Origin: Octopus bimaculoides
Taxonomy: Eukaryota
Length of the DNA stretch: 57,280 nt
Direction: 5' to 3'
Assembly: GCF_001194135.2 (NCBI RefSeq)
Contig: NC_069008.1
Span: 2,115,566-2,172,845 of the forward strand
Shown here: in pieces, positions 36,931 to 51,647 of the stretch
Numbering within the stretch: the first letter of the stretch is position 1
Layout of the letters: each line of letters begins with the position of its first letter
Position numbers and translations under genes: made by a program
The notes under the pieces: generated by a model
Seen by the model: only the letters and a program-made list of their open reading frames with translations
The model's database searches: none
Told to the model about the DNA's origin: nothing

Positions 36931-37836
36931 TCACGTTAGGGGTTTTTTCCCAACCTGACTACAATTGTGAATAATAAAAGATTTCTGAGCAAAATATTTG
37001 CCACACGTTTCACAGTGAAAGCGTTTTTCTCCGGAGTGTAAACTCTTATGTTTCGTTAAGACACTGTTAGAAGAAAAAGATTTCAAACAGATTTCACAGT
37101 GAAACAATTTTTCACCAGTGTGGGTCCGTTTATGGATTGTTAGTTTAGAATTCTGAATAAAAGACTTCCCGCATATCTCACAGTGGAACTGTTTCTCACC
37201 AGTGTGACAACGTTTATGTACTGTAAGTTTAGAATTAGTAGTAAATGATTTCCCACACATTTCACAGTGAAACGGTTTTTCTCCTGTGTGTATTCTGACG
37301 TGGACGACAAGATTAGCATTATCAGAGAAGGACTTGGCACAGATTTCACAATGATATGGCTTTTCTCCAGTGTGGATTCTCATGTGTTTCGTTAAACTAC
37401 TGTTAGATACCAAATATTTTCCGCATATTTCACAAGGAAACAGTTTCTCTCCGGTGTGACTACGTATATGGTTCAGAAGGTGAGAATTTTGTGTGAAGGA
37501 TTTCCCACAAATTTCACAAAGATAGGGTCTTTCACTAGTGTGAATCCTTTTATGTCTTGTGAAGTCACTGTTATAGACAAAGGACTTGCCACATACTTCA
37601 CAGTGGAATGGTTTTTCCTTGTTGTGAATCTCTTTGTGTGTAAGAACTTCATATTCTGAAGTGAAAATTTTCCTACAAATCTCACAACGAAATTTAGCAA
37701 TATTGCTGTTTGATGATTTCTGTTTAGTAAATGTTTCACTAATTAAAGGCTTTTCATCACCGTCTGTCTCTGTTAATGTATCTCCACTGTTAAAAACAGT
37801 TGTATTAGAAGTGTCCAAGTAATTAACGTCCTCCAT
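36931..37836 (-). CDS. C2H2 zinc-finger protein G7, 301 aa, 8 complete fingers plus 1 degenerate; distinct CEIC/FH lineage
   Basis: Acidic 50 aa leader then CE(I/V/M)C fingers. Candidate branch point TACTAAC (37883-37877) and AG at 37860-37859, with the frame open from there to the ATG, so an upstream coding exon is possible. Confidence 0.88.
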   Translation of the reverse strand: MEDVNYLDTSNTTVFNSGDTLTETDGDEKPLISETFTKQKSSNSNIAKFRCEICRKIFTSEYEVLTHKEIHNKEKPFHCEVCGKSFVYNSDFTRHKRIHTSERPYLCEICGKSFTQNSHLLNHIRSHTGEKLFPCEICGKYLVSNSSLTKHMRIHTGEKPYHCEICAKSFSDNANLVVHVRIHTGEKPFHCEMCGKSFTTNSKLTVHKRCHTGEKQFHCEICGKSFIQNSKLTIHKRTHTGEKLFHCEICLKSFSSNSVLTKHKSLHSGEKRFHCETCGKYFAQKSFIIHNCSQVGKKPLT

Positions 37837-40734
37837 ATTAATTAATATTCGAAGAATTCTTTAAAGGTTGAGAAATGTTAGTACAATCTCTTAACTATAA
37901 TTAGTTAAGTTTTTTTTTATTCACATATTCATAAAAAGTTTCTCATCACTGTCCTTTTGTTCTCCATTGTTAAAAACAGTTGTGTCAAAAGTAATTAATG
38001 TCCTCCATATTAATTAATTAGTCACTATTATGGTTCAGGTTTTGTTTCACATAATCATGGACTGCAGACGTGTACTTAATATACGATGTAGCTATATTTT
38101 CTACTTACTACTCGAATACTTGTTTTCTTTTGTTTGGATCTTCTTCTCAATTGCATGTTATTGTAAAACAAGAGCCGTTTCACTTTGGACGTTAAAGGAA
38201 CGTAAGTCTGGTTGATAGATATGTCGGCTGAAAGATGAAGAAAAAAGATTCGATAAATGATTGGTGGAAAGGTTCCTAGTAAAATCAAGAAGTCTTCTGC
38301 TAACCTGCTGTGGAAGATCAGTAAATTTTTACGATTACACGTCTCATTTTGAATGCAAGATGCATGTTTTTCCTATGCCTTATTATTTTTTTGTTGTTAA
38401 GTCTTTTGAACGAATCTCACCGTCAGAAACCACTATCTTTTTTTAGGCAAATCCTTTCGTACAGGTTAGGCGACTGTAAATAGTAAAAAAAATTATTAAA
38501 ACTTCTACTACAGAACTGTTAAGAAAAAAGACAGGATGGTGATGTCAGAGAATGTGTGTGTGCGTGTGTATGTTTTGTTTAACAAAAATATCAAGAATAC
38601 ACAACGTGTGGATGTGGTGATAATCTAAAACAATTCGCAAAAAAATTTCTGAAAATTCCATAAAATAAAAAGAAGTTACAAGGGGTTATATGAGATGCTT
38701 AAACCAGAACTCCGCCGACAAAAATACTTACTTTAGACCTGATAGTCAATTGGAAAATGAAGAATGGTCAGCAAAGTTATTCATTCACTCATTCGTTGGT
38801 AATAAAAAAAAATCGACTTTTCCTTGTCTTGTAAAATAAGTGAACAACTAATTGGCGACTAATTGGTATTTTGTGATGAAGCAAAACATTTGATCGTGGA
38901 GATGATGGAACACCGACTGAGCTGCCATACGCTATCCACACAAATCAACGTTCACCTATTAATGAGATAATAATTATCAAAGAAAATATAATTAGATTAG
39001 CTGCACTAATTATAAACACACATTAAAAGGCGGTGTCTTTAGCAATTACTTCCCGCCTGAATGACACCGGTGTCGTAAGTCAAAAAGTCGCTAATGTAAT
39101 TTAATACTTTCAGAAACACGTTCAAATAAATCAATTCACTTTTGCGATCGATCCAATCCTTGGTAACTCGAGAAGTTATCATCTTGCAAAATAAATATTA
39201 CGTATCAACGAGGAGTCATTTACGTGGCCGTGCAACCTTCTAGAAGAAATAGCACCCAAATACTCATCAATTTTCACAATGGTTTTTCAGGTTAATCTAG
39301 TATTAAACAACACGGTCTTGCTATTTAATTCCATTAGGATAATAATAATGTTTCAAATTGTGACACAAGGCTAGTAATGTTAGAGGAGGTTAGTCGATAA
39401 CATTGACCTTGGTGCTCAACAGGTTCTTATCTTATTTTATTGACTCCGAAAGCATGAAAAGCAAAGTCAACCTCGGCGTAATTCAGAACGCAAAGAGCCA
39501 GCGGAAATACTGCTAAGTATTTTGTCTGACGTGCTGACAATTCAACAACTGGTCAGTCATTTAAAGGGAAGCAGGTTTGTCAATTACATCACCGAGTGCT
39601 CAACAGATATTTTAGTTTTATCGATCCTAAGATGATGAAAGATTGAATTGATCTCAGCGGGACTGGATCTCAGAACGTAGAGGCAGAACAAATACCACAA
39701 AGCATTTTCTCCGACGTTCTAGCGATTCTACCAGCTCACCGCCTCACGAAAACTCGTAAAAATTTTTACAACGACCTGACTTTGAATCAGTTTATTTTGT
39801 AACTGTATATCTTATTTATATCGTTTAACCGTTTTGATACCGATCCGCCTGAAACCGCCGCTCGTTTTGTAGTACAAATGTCTTGTTTACAAAAGTTTCG
39901 AATTAAAATCTTCCACCAAATTTTAGTCACAATTTACGTTCCTAACACTAGCTTAATGATAACTTATTTTACTAAATTCTTTGTAACTGTGTTTGTCCTA
40001 CCACCACAGCCTGACTACGGGTATTGGTGTGTTTACGTCCCTAAAATTTAGCCGTTCAGCAAAGGAGACCGATAGAATAAGTATCAAGCTTGAAAAAAAA
40101 ATACTGGGATCGAATTGCTCAACTAAAAAAATTCTCTAATGTGGTGCCCCAGCATGGTCGCAGTCTCATGACTGACACAAGAGATTAATTCTGAGAGGGA
40201 GCCCCAAACTGTAGATATGCCTCGTAATAAATTTGTAATAATATATAAGCAGTCTTATTTACACTCGCGAGATATCAATATCACAAAACCCCCTTTCTCT
40301 TTCTATGTTACTACACAATTAATCACATGATCTAAACTACCCAATGAAAATTCAAGAAATTCAATTACTGGCTGATTTCAATAATTTTTTTAATTGTTAA
40401 TCGCGGTTTCGTTTACCGATCCTGTTTAGCAAAGAATCTCAAGACAAGAAATTATTTGTCATACCTATATAGTTTTTCGTCTATGACATTCTACTGACAA
40501 GGTATATTTATACTTTACTTTAGCATTTTCTCGTTACAATAGCGACGCATAGAAAAGCTACATTTTCTTTCTAAATAACATTTGTAAAATAACTTTCCAA
40601 ATTTATATAATCTAAATGTTAGAAAATATTAACTTATGGGTAATCGCTTCATTTTAATTAAGTGAATCGAAGAATATTTTCGCCAAATTTCAGTTCGGAT
40701 GTCTTATGAATCTAACCCTTTATCTTACTGTTTT

Positions 40735-41240
40735 GGGCAAGTTGCCCAGACTAAAACTACTTTTTCTCTCCAAGTGTTTCTGTCTTTCATGACATTTTGA
40801 GGTCTTGTATTTCTAATTCGACATCGCTAGAGAGTTGATCAATGTACCTCATTCTGAGTCATCCGATAGCAGTGACCAGCATATCTTGTCCTCTGCCCTC
40901 GAATGGATTGATATATTGGGGATATTTCCAGAAAGCTCTTTTTCGTTGGCTGTTATTTCCATGATTTGTTGGTTCTCAACAAATTAAACCTAAACTAAAA
41001 AACAAAAAACCTAACTATTAAACGAATACCAGCTAGAGTAAACATCCCCTAAACTTTGGAACCAGTGGGAGCTGTCCAGGGTGGCTGAGAAGCAACCCGA
41101 TGGACTCACCCATTCTAGGGTAGGGTCACTGTTCGTAGCTCGCTTTGTTCTTTCGCACATCCTTTAGTTTTCTACCAACTTGCAGTGGGTGTGGTGAGGA
41201 GACCTGTTCCCGTAGCTGGAGTAAACCAGATACTAAAATG
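40735..41240 (-). mobile_element. Internally deleted RTE/RTEX-like LINE relic
   Basis: Minus strand reads RGQRTRYAGHCYR...VMKDRNTWRE, an RTE-type C-terminus. The GC-richer 41040-41240 segment may be its 5' UTR. Confidence 0.55.
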
Positions 41241-42202
41241 CCATAATCTGTCGGAGAATTACATTTTACAGCCAGCTGTTTTCGAGACTTTTAGTGAGTA
41301 CAGTGCCTCTTATAACGGCTCGCAACATTGATGTAACGTATGATGCTCGGAAGGGTTCCTGACTGTGCCAGCGCTTCAACCTTGCACCCGTAACCCGCAA
41401 TAATGTTTTGATGTTAAGGTTTTGACGTGTCTCGAAAGAACGCTTAGCTTTACCCGGGTTGCAATGTATGTGAATCATGTATGAAAATGCAAACCTCTAT
41501 TTTATTTATTTACTGATTTCCTTTTGATAATTATTTTATTTTATATTTTTATAAATAAACTTGTAATTTGAAAATAAATTTTAGAATCATTTCTGAAAAA
41601 AAAAAAAACGTATGCTTAAAATAACGACATTTATTTAAAAAAATCCGAACAGATGAGAGAAAAATCAACGAATTTGATAGATTTCGATATTAGAGCTTTT
41701 GATAACGTAATGCATGAATATTCTAATTAATAACCATTTCGCCATTTTCTTAGCAATCTTTGTAATTAGGACGTGATGTGGCTGCAACTAAATTAAATAT
41801 AATTAATATAATCGTATTAACTATTTGCTCTGGTTCAAGGAGCTTATTTTTAATAATCGATGAAACAAAAGATTACAGCATCGAAATCGATAACCAAATT
41901 ATTCATCGTGACACAATGAATCTATTGCTAATGTAGTTGTTGCTAATTAGTTAGTAGCAGTAACTAGATAAATCGCCATATTAATTATTCGTTGTAATAC
42001 ATAGAATGATGAAGTGATCAAATTTGAAAATGGATATTCGTTTATTTCAATGTTTGATCTACTTTGAATTAGATGATCTGCATTTCTATACCTCTTCATC
42101 TGAGTTTTATTTTTATCGAATTTATTTGTCAGTTAGAGTGCTTTTGTTTTCTATCTTGGTGGTGATGTTTTGATATTTGCAAGGAACACACACACAAGCT
42201 CG

Positions 42203-42243
<41 letters not shown>

Positions 42244-42942
42244 NNNNNNNNNNGACATCACAACTCATTTCTACAGCTGAGTGAACTAGAGCAACGTGAA
42301 ATAAAGTGTCTTGCTCAAGAACACAACACACAAATTGGTCCAGGAATTGAACTGACAGCCTCATGATTGTAAGCCAGATGCTCTAACCACTGGTGAAATG
42401 AAAGGAAGAGTAAAAAAGTTATGTTGTATCATGCGTCTATCATAATTTCTGTCACTTGCTGTTTTTTGCAGTCTTAGAGTTTCTTAGTTTTTCACATTTC
42501 TATCTTTACTATTTAAATATCTTCTACATCTTATACTGTTTTTTTCTTTCTTATTTCAGATTATTGGATTATATTTGTAATTAAAGGATCATTCACATCA
42601 GACACAGTCATATTTATCATCTTTTGAAGATGAAAAGAAAATGTTTGAAAGAAGATATTAACATGTTTATATTAGTCTGTAGTGAATTAAACTGAAATGT
42701 TTCTTCTGAAATGAGATAAGCAAAAATGTATTCCTTAACATTTTCTGCAATATCTCCAGAGAGTGAGTTTGCAATCTAACTGGAAATATCTATAAATGTG
42801 TTTGCAGCATCTTAAGATATTGACAAAGATCATAGTTGATGGAAATATAGTATTTGTAAGGAATGAAACTATAAAACTGGAGACTGGAAATATAACAATA
42901 TACTGTCACGAGAAAAATATTTATAATGGAAAAATGAATTAA

Positions 42943-43839
<897 letters not shown>

Positions 43840-43850
43840 CTGTATTAATA

Positions 43851-44294
43851 ATCCTTTATATTTTAGGCACAAGGCCTGAAATTTTTGTTGAGCAGGGTAC
43901 AGTTGATTACATCGATCCTCATGCTTAACTGGTACTTATTTCATCGACCCCGAATGGATGAAAGGCAAAATTGATCTTGGCAGATTTTGAACTCAGAATG
44001 TAAAGATGGAGGAAATGCCGCTAAGCATCTCGTCTGGCATGCTAACGATTCTGTGAGCTTGCCATCTTTGTAACTGTATTAATATCAATCTCAAAGTTTG
44101 GCACAAGACCAGCAGGTTTTGGAGGAAGGGGTAAATCAATTACATTGACCCCCCCACCCCAGTGCTCAACTAGTACCGAACGGATGAAAGGCAAAGTCGA
44201 CCACGGAGGAATCTGAACTGAAAATGGGAAGACAGATGAAATGCCACTAAGAATTTTACCTGGCATGCTAAGGATTCTGTCAGCTCACCACTTC
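43851..44294 (-). mobile_element. Two family A SINEs stacked at the G8 stop codon
   Basis: TGTAACTGTATTAATA at 43835-43850 and 44069-44084, and TGCGACTGTATTAATA at 44295-44310, act as TSDs. The 3'UTR block resumes after 44310. Confidence 0.85.
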
Positions 44295-45434
44295 TGCGAC
44301 TGTATTAATACCAAAAAATCATTACATCACAGCAAACCTCATAAGACCATTTTCTCTGAACAAACAGTCATGGACTTATGTGGCTAGTCATTCTCTCATA
44401 GTTCCATGTTTGAGGCAACTGCTTTTTCTGATGCGAACCATTTTAAATGCCTCTTATGACATGCAGGCTGTACCCTTTCTATGCAATTTATCAGAGTTTA
44501 TTCTGTAAGAAAAAAAATACTTTACATAACCATAAATTTATTCATACTGAAGAGGGAACAGTCTATAATAATAACTTTCCAACACTGTTTTATATAACCA
44601 CAATTATATTTGCATTGCTGTGATAACTTACCTCTGTAATAATTTAATAAGAACTTTATTTCATTGTATTCACATCATCATCACCCTTTAACGTCCATTT
44701 TTCATGCTGGCATGGGTTGGACGGTTTAACCAGAGCTGCACCAGGTTCCAGTCTGATTCAGCTTGGTTTCTGTGGCCGGATGCCCTTCTTAATGCCAACC
44801 ACTTTACAATGTGTTCTGGGTGCTTCTAACGTGGCACCTGCAGGATTACTTTTGTGTGGCGCTGGCACAAGTGCTTTTTATGTGGCACCAGCACAGGGCT
44901 CTTGCAGACCAATTCTCCTCACCGGGGGGAGCAACCTTAACACTTCTGCTGTAGAGGACAAGAAAACAGATATTATTTGACATTGTGGATCTATAAAGCT
45001 GAGAAATGATCTCATAAATCAAAGATAACTTCACTGTGCTATCTTTATTTTGCTAATAACAATACAAACCACAATGGAAACCTTTACATCATGCCTTGAC
45101 AGGATATTTATATATTTTGTTGTGTCCAATTTATACATGTTATTTATATTCTAGATCTTATATACACTTCTTTCATAAATCTCATATATATATTCTGGAA
45201 TAAAATATTATGTCTATCCCATCAATGAAATGACTCTGATGTTATCTTTCAGTTGTTTCGGTCATTAGACTGTGACCATGCTAAAGAATTATTGGTTGAA
45301 TGAATTAACCGCCTGGTACTTATTCTATCGATCTCTTTTGTCAAACTGGTAAGTTATGGGGAAATAAACACACCAATGTTAGTTGTCAAGCAGTGATGGA
45401 GGGAAGAAAGACACACACAAAGACATCTATATAT

Positions 45435-45808
45435 ATATGCCAGTACCGCCTGACTGGCCTTGTAGGGTTTTCGAGCGAGATCGTTGCCAGTGCCCCTGGA
45501 CTGGCTCTTGTGTGGGTGGCACATAAAAGACACCAATTCGAGCGTGGCCGTTTTCGTGCGGGGGACACGTAAAAGCACCCACTACACTCTAGGAGCGGTT
45601 GGCGTTAGGAAGGGCCTCCAGCTGTAGAAACTCTGCCAAATTAGATTGGAGCTTGGTGTTGCCATCCGGTTTCACCAGTCCTCAGTCAAATCGTCCAACC
45701 CATGGAAAGCGGACGTTAAACGATGATGATGATGATGATATATATATATCATCATCATCATCATCATCATCATCATCGTTTAACGTCCGCTTTCCATGCT
45801 AGCATGGG
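45435..45808. repeat. Tail-to-tail family C pair forming a ~100 bp palindrome (45701-45798)
   Basis: CATGGAAAGCGGACGTTAAAC(GAT)n-(AT)n-(CAT)nCGTTTAACGTCCGCTTTCCATG. A gap follows. Confidence 0.8.
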
Positions 45809-46174
45809 NNNNNNNNNNNNNNNNNNNNNNNNNNNNNNNNNNNNNNNNNNNNNNNNNNNNNNNNNNNNNNNNNNNNNNNNNNNNNNNNNNNNNNNNNNNN
45901 NNNNNNNNNNNNNNNNNNNNNNNNNNNNNNNNNNNNNNNNNNNNNNNNNNNNNNNNNNNNNNNNNNNNNNNNNNNNNNNNNNNNNNNNNNNNNNNNNNNN
46001 NNNNNNNNNNNNNNNNNNNNNNNNNNNNNNNNNNNNNNNNNNNNNNNNNNNNNNNNNNNNNNNNNNNNNNNNNNNNNNNNNNNNNNNNNNNNNNNNNNNN
46101 NNNNNNNNNNNNNNNNNNNNNNNNNNNNNNNNNNNNNNNNNNNNNNNNNNNNNNNNNNNNNNNNNNNNNNNNNN

Positions 46175-46860
46175 NGTAACTGGTACTTAATTTATTGACC
46201 CCGAAAGGATGAAAGGCAAAGTCGACCTCGGCGGAATTTGAACTCAGAAGTAAAGCATTTTACCAGGCGTGCTAACGATTCTTATTTCTTTATTGCCCAC
46301 AAGGGGCTGAACATAGAGGGGATAAACAAGGACAGACAAAGGGATTAAGTCGATTACATCGATCTCAGTGCGTAACTGGTACTTAATTTATTGACCCTGA
46401 AAGGATGAAAGGCAAAGTCAACCTTGGCGGAATTTGAGCTCAGAACGTAACGGCAGACGAAATACCGCTAAGCGTTTCGCCCGGCGTGCTAACGATTCTG
46501 CCAGGTCGCCAGCTTCTTTCAGTTTCTGCCTACCAAATCCACTTGCAAGATTTTGGCCAGCTGAAGGCCATTATAGAAGACACTTGCCATTAGGTGCCAT
46601 GCAGTGGGACTGAACCTAGAACCATGTGGCTGAAAAGCAAACTCCTTTCCATGCAACCACTCCTGCTATCACATACACACACACATGTATGTGTGTGCAT
46701 GCAACAAGCTTCTTTCAGTTTCCATCTACCAAATCCACTCACAAGGCTTTGGTCAGCTTGAGGCTATAGTTAAAGACACTTGCCCAAGGTGCTATGCAGT
46801 GGGATTGAACCTGGAACCTTGTAGTTGAGAAGCAAACTTTTTACCATACAGTCACGCTTG
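46175..46860 (-). mobile_element. Cluster of two family A SINEs and two other CORE-like SINEs
   Basis: GTAACTGGTACTTAATTTATTGACCC is repeated near 46176 and 46373. GAAGACACTTGCC...GTGCCATGCAGTGGGACTGAACC-like sequence occurs near 46578 and 46773. Confidence 0.75.
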
Positions 46861-47059
46861 TGCCTGTTAGTTTATATTTATACAGTTTATCATTGCTTTT
46901 ATTTATAGCTCATCCTTTCTCAATCTTTAGTCATCATCTATTCACCATCAAGCCTCCGTCCATCTCATATTTATCATCACCCCTCCAATGCCCCAACCCA
47001 TGTTCATCCAGCATTTTTGCACACTCACCCCATCTCTAACCATTCCTCTCTCCTTTTCT

Positions 47060-49620
47060 CAGGCTATTCTTACTCTAGTCACTATACTCTCGGAGCAACC
47101 ACCCCCACTCCAAACTTGGTTGCCTAGGTAGCAGAACCTATTAACTACTTCTAGTTTCTTCCCCTGGCATGTGATAGAATCTGCTTTCTGTACATCTTCA
47201 GTGTTTATTGCCTTGGTGCATCTGTCACACACAAAAACTATTTTCCTGATTAACCTTCCTTTGATATTGCTGTACCTTCTATTTGTCCATAGCTTACACC
47301 GGGTACATCATATGGAGTTTCTATCTACACTTTTTCTACAGATCGAGCAGGGCCATCTACCTGAAGGGGGTTGTGATTTGACAGCCTTCCTACTTACTAA
47401 GACTTTGGTTGTGGCTAGGTTAACCCTAAAGCCCTTCGATTCTAGACCTTGCTTCCACACCATAAACTTCGTCTCCAGTTCTTGCAGTGACTCGGCTATT
47501 AGAACAAGGTCATCAGCATTGAGGAGCTCCCAGGGGCAGCCTGTCTTGAATTTCTCTGTTATTGCCTGGAGGACTATAATGAATAAGAAGGGGCTGAGGA
47601 CTGACCCTTGGTGAACCCCTACTTCTACTCAGAATTCTTCACTATACTTGTTGCCAACCCTCACCTTACTGACAGCATCCCTGTACAGAGCTTACACAGC
47701 TCTTACCACCCACTCATCTACCTCCAGTTTCTGTATTGACCACCAGATAAGGGATCAGGAGACCCTGTCAAAGGCTTTCTCCTAGTCAACAAAAGCCAAG
47801 TACAAAGGTTTATCTTTGGCTAGGTCTTTCTCCTGCAGTTGCCTTACCATAGATATAGCATCAGTGGTGCTTCTGCCTGGCATAAAACCAAACTGCATTT
47901 CATCTAGGCTAACTCTTTCCTAATTAGTTGGGCTATGACCCTCTCTGTAACTTTCATCACCTGATCCAATAATTTGATACCCCTGTAGTTATTTCTATCT
48001 AAAGCATTACCTTTCCTCTTGTAATAGTTGACTATGGTGCTGCCACCCCAGTCATTGGGTATGACTCCTTCATAAATTACCTGATGCAGATGGCAAGACC
48101 ATAACCCACACTGCCCGATATTTTAAGCATCCCATCAGTGATTCCTGATGGGCCAGGTGCTTTCCCTGTCTTTATATCCTTAATTGCTTTATCTACCTGG
48201 GTACTGTCAATTCACATAGATGGTCCCTCAACTGGGTCAACCTTTGGCAGATTCCCCTCCTTCCATTCATTCTCCACATTTAGCAGTCTTTCATAATGGC
48301 TTCTCCAAGCCTTTTTCTTTGCATCCTCATTTAGTGCAAGTGTACCATCATCCATGCGAACACATTTCTCTCCTATGACATCATGGTTTTCTCTCACACA
48401 CTGTCTTGCAATCCAAAATACTTCAGTTCTCTGGTCCTTACGTTGTTGAACATTGGCAAATGTCTTCTTTTCTGCTACGCCCTTGGCTATATATACCTGT
48501 CTCTTTGCTTCATTTTGGCTATCTGATACATTCTCCTGCTACTCCCACTCTTTCAGGCATTCCAGGCCTGTTTCTTTGCTCTAACAGCCCTGTCTACGGT
48601 ATTACTCCACCACCATGTTACCCTAGGTCTGGAAGGGACTTTGCACCAGCCAGATTTGGTCTGTGGTACTCAGCAAGCTGTCTCACAGGAATTCCCAGCT
48701 GCCTTCTATGTAACAGGACTTTAGATCTTCCACCCTATCATCAAATTTCTTGGTGAGGATATCCCTAAATCTCTGACCATGTGAAGGGTTCCTAAACTTC
48801 AAAGTCCTTCTTTTCCAGATTGGTCTGGTTTTTGGCATCCTTCTAGCCTCGAGTCTAAAGTCACTAATAATTAGTCTTTTGGGGAGTACATTCTTCACCA
48901 GGGAGAGTCTTTGTATTTAAGAGCAACCATGCATCCTGCTGTCTAGTGAGAATGATATCGATCTGGTTAGCAGAGTCACCTGATTGATAGGTTATCAGGT
49001 GGTTAGCTGGCTTCCTGAAGTTGGTGTTGCGGATCAATAGGTTATTTGCGTTGCAGAACTCCAGGAGTCTAGTTCCCTCTTCATTTCTGGTACCAATTCC
49101 ATGGCCCCCATTTACACTATGTAAGATACCAGATTGCTATTCAACATGCCCATTAAAATCTGCAGCCACAAAGATGAAATCATTGTCACTCGTCTTTATG
49201 GTAGCCTGCAGAAGAATATCATAAAAGTGATCCTTTTCATTTGGTAGGCCTGCTTGTAAGGCATAGGCAGAGATAATTGTAGCAAGACTAGCCTGAGTTT
49301 AAGTACTCTATCACACACCCTCACTACCTCTACAACCTCATCTACCCATTTCTCTGCAAGAAGTATGCCCACATCCCCTATTTCATCACTGTTACCTTCC
49401 CAGAAGAGTTTATACCTATGTGCTTTGCCTGTGAGGACTCTGGCTGAAGCTCTTCACCACCTTACCTCTTGTACGCAACATACATCAACACGTCTCCATT
49501 CAAGCATCTCTACAATCTAGCTAGACCTACCTTCCAATGTGCCTACATTTACAGTGCCAACTCTGAAAACTGGGAAAGAGATATAGGCGGTAACACAGGA
49601 AGGAGAGATGTTATTCAGTG
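47060..49620 (-). mobile_element. Decayed RTE-clade non-LTR retrotransposon (APE endonuclease + reverse transcriptase), 3' truncated
   Basis: Endonuclease: VGTVNVGTL...VCCVQEVRW...ADFNGHV...QID. RT: VGVHQGSVLSPFLF...ELLNADDLVL...RFCYLG. Multiple stops and frameshifts. Confidence 0.92.
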
Positions 49621-49959
49621 CCTGAAACGAAGGTTCCCGTGTATGTTTGGTAACAGGCATCATAAGAGTTGTTCTTGCTTTTAACCTACTGTCATTCAGA
49701 CATGTTAGAGTTGCTAAGGTTTTTACCTCTACAGGTGGGGTGAGGAAGCATTGTATATTAAAGTATTTGGGGCGTTGTAAATATAAGCGTTATAAGCCTT
49801 GTGGGAGAAGCGTTACTGATGCTGTAGAAGAAGGAAAAAAAAGTGGGCTACTATTTGGTTTAGTTAGTCTGAGGATAGGTGGAGAGAGAGAGAGGAGAGG
49901 GCTGCAAGATTACCAATAGAAGAGGGGGAAGGGGAAGGGCAACTGGATGTCCAGTAAGC

Positions 49960-50070
49960 GAAAGATTTCTGGTGAGAGAGAGAGAAAAACAGATTTCCGG
50001 TAAGAGTGAGGGGTTTCCGGTAAGAGTGAGGGGTTTCCGGTGAGAAAGAGAGAGAGAGAGATTTCCGGTA
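49960..50070. repeat. Short tandem repeat with a 20 bp unit TTTCCGGTAAGAGTGAGGGG, plus variants
   Basis: Two exact units at about 49994-50033, flanked by looser GATTTC(C/T)GGT-(GA)n units. Possibly the 5'UTR of the LINE. Confidence 0.7.
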
Positions 50071-51647
50071 TTGGTGGCAGGAGTTGAAAAGGGTGGGTTC
50101 AATCACCGACATGAAAGGTCATTTTAAAGGTCATAGCAAACAAGGAGTTATTTTAGAGAAAATATACATGTATGCAGACAAGAAACAAGGTTAGTCATTG
50201 CAGGGTTAGAACAAACAAGAAATAATTATTTCAGAGATTAGATGAGTTTGAATGAATGAGGCATTTGAAAACAAGAGAGTTTCTTAGCTTAGCAGTGCAT
50301 ATTTTCGAGTGTTATTACCAAACACATGGAATAAATTAAACTAACGAAAGTCTGAGAGAGGCGGGGGTGACAGCAGGGAATGGATGATATATATATATAT
50401 ATATATATATAAAACTACAATAAGATATTATAACAATAAATTAACATGTTATGATATATCAAATATATTATAATATGGGCGGGTATAGCAATTAAAAACC
50501 AAAAAGGTAAAATACATAAACAAGGGTGCAAAATAGCATCTGCAATTGCTAGAAATAGGAGCTAAAAAATGTAACTCGAATAGCAAGGCAAAATCACCAA
50601 CCTCATTAGATGTTCAGGGACTGCGAGAGACAAGCGACATCTTTCTCCAGTGAGATAAAACTCACTGAATGAAGTACTACCATCTGTGCAGGTTGTTCAG
50701 CAAAAGTTGTGAAAGCCCCATCTGATGTCTACGACAGGAGAATGAATCCACAGTAATCTTAGAATTGGACCAACACATGATTTGATTACATGCTCTACTT
50801 GTAAAAATGACAGAAGAATAATTTAAGAATAAACCAGTTTTATTTCAATTTCATATTGTCTTGAGAGAGAAATGATGTAAAAATTAAAGATTCTGGGCAT
50901 TGCAGCTGAGATGTCAGATGATGAGAAAATTTGGCTTCTTTTATAACAAAATATGCCCATAAATGGACATTAAAATATGGATGAGGAATGTTCCACAAAT
51001 TACATCAACCATTTTGTATTCATATTAAGTTTAATGTTACATTTACATATGTAAATTACTATTTACTGTTAAATCATAATAGAAATAACAAAAAAAAAGA
51101 AGGATGTGCGCTGGCAGATTCGTTAGCACACCGGGCAAAATGCTTAGCAGCATTTCATCCATTGCTATGTTCTGAGTTCCAACTCTACCTTCCAATAAAA
51201 TAAGTATGAGTTGAAAACTGGGGTTGATGTAATCAACTTACCCCTCTCCTGAAATTGCTGGCCTTGTACCAAAATTTGGAACCAGTATAAATAATAAAAC
51301 TGTACATAAATCTAAGCTAATGTTAAAAATCATTTCCCTGAAAGGGTTATATAACAGAAAATAGCATTAGGAGAGAATTATCATATACTGTTACATATTC
51401 TTTTGAATGTGGATATACTTACATTTATATATTTTTCTTATAGTAGGAAGAACAATGTTAAACTGTGTGTATCCCTGAATGTTTTAAAAGGAAATGACTG
51501 AAAACTTGGTCTCAAAAAGGGAACCATGAAGAGTATGGTTACTGACAAAGACTAAATCCAAAATGCTTAATGCCATTTTAGCAGAGAAAATGGTTTTCAA
51601 AGATTTGTTGTTATCATGTGTTGAAATGAATTTAGATATTTACACAG

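Noticed and set aside
38030-38480. Possible upstream coding exon of G7
   Set aside because: All frames I read contain stops and no recognisable domain, so it cannot be supported without transcript data.
41040-41480. CpG-rich patch as the G8 promoter or an HDV-like ribozyme
   Set aside because: It adjoins an RTE-like relic and may be its 5' UTR. I could not fold a convincing HDV pseudoknot, and it does not match the family upstream module.
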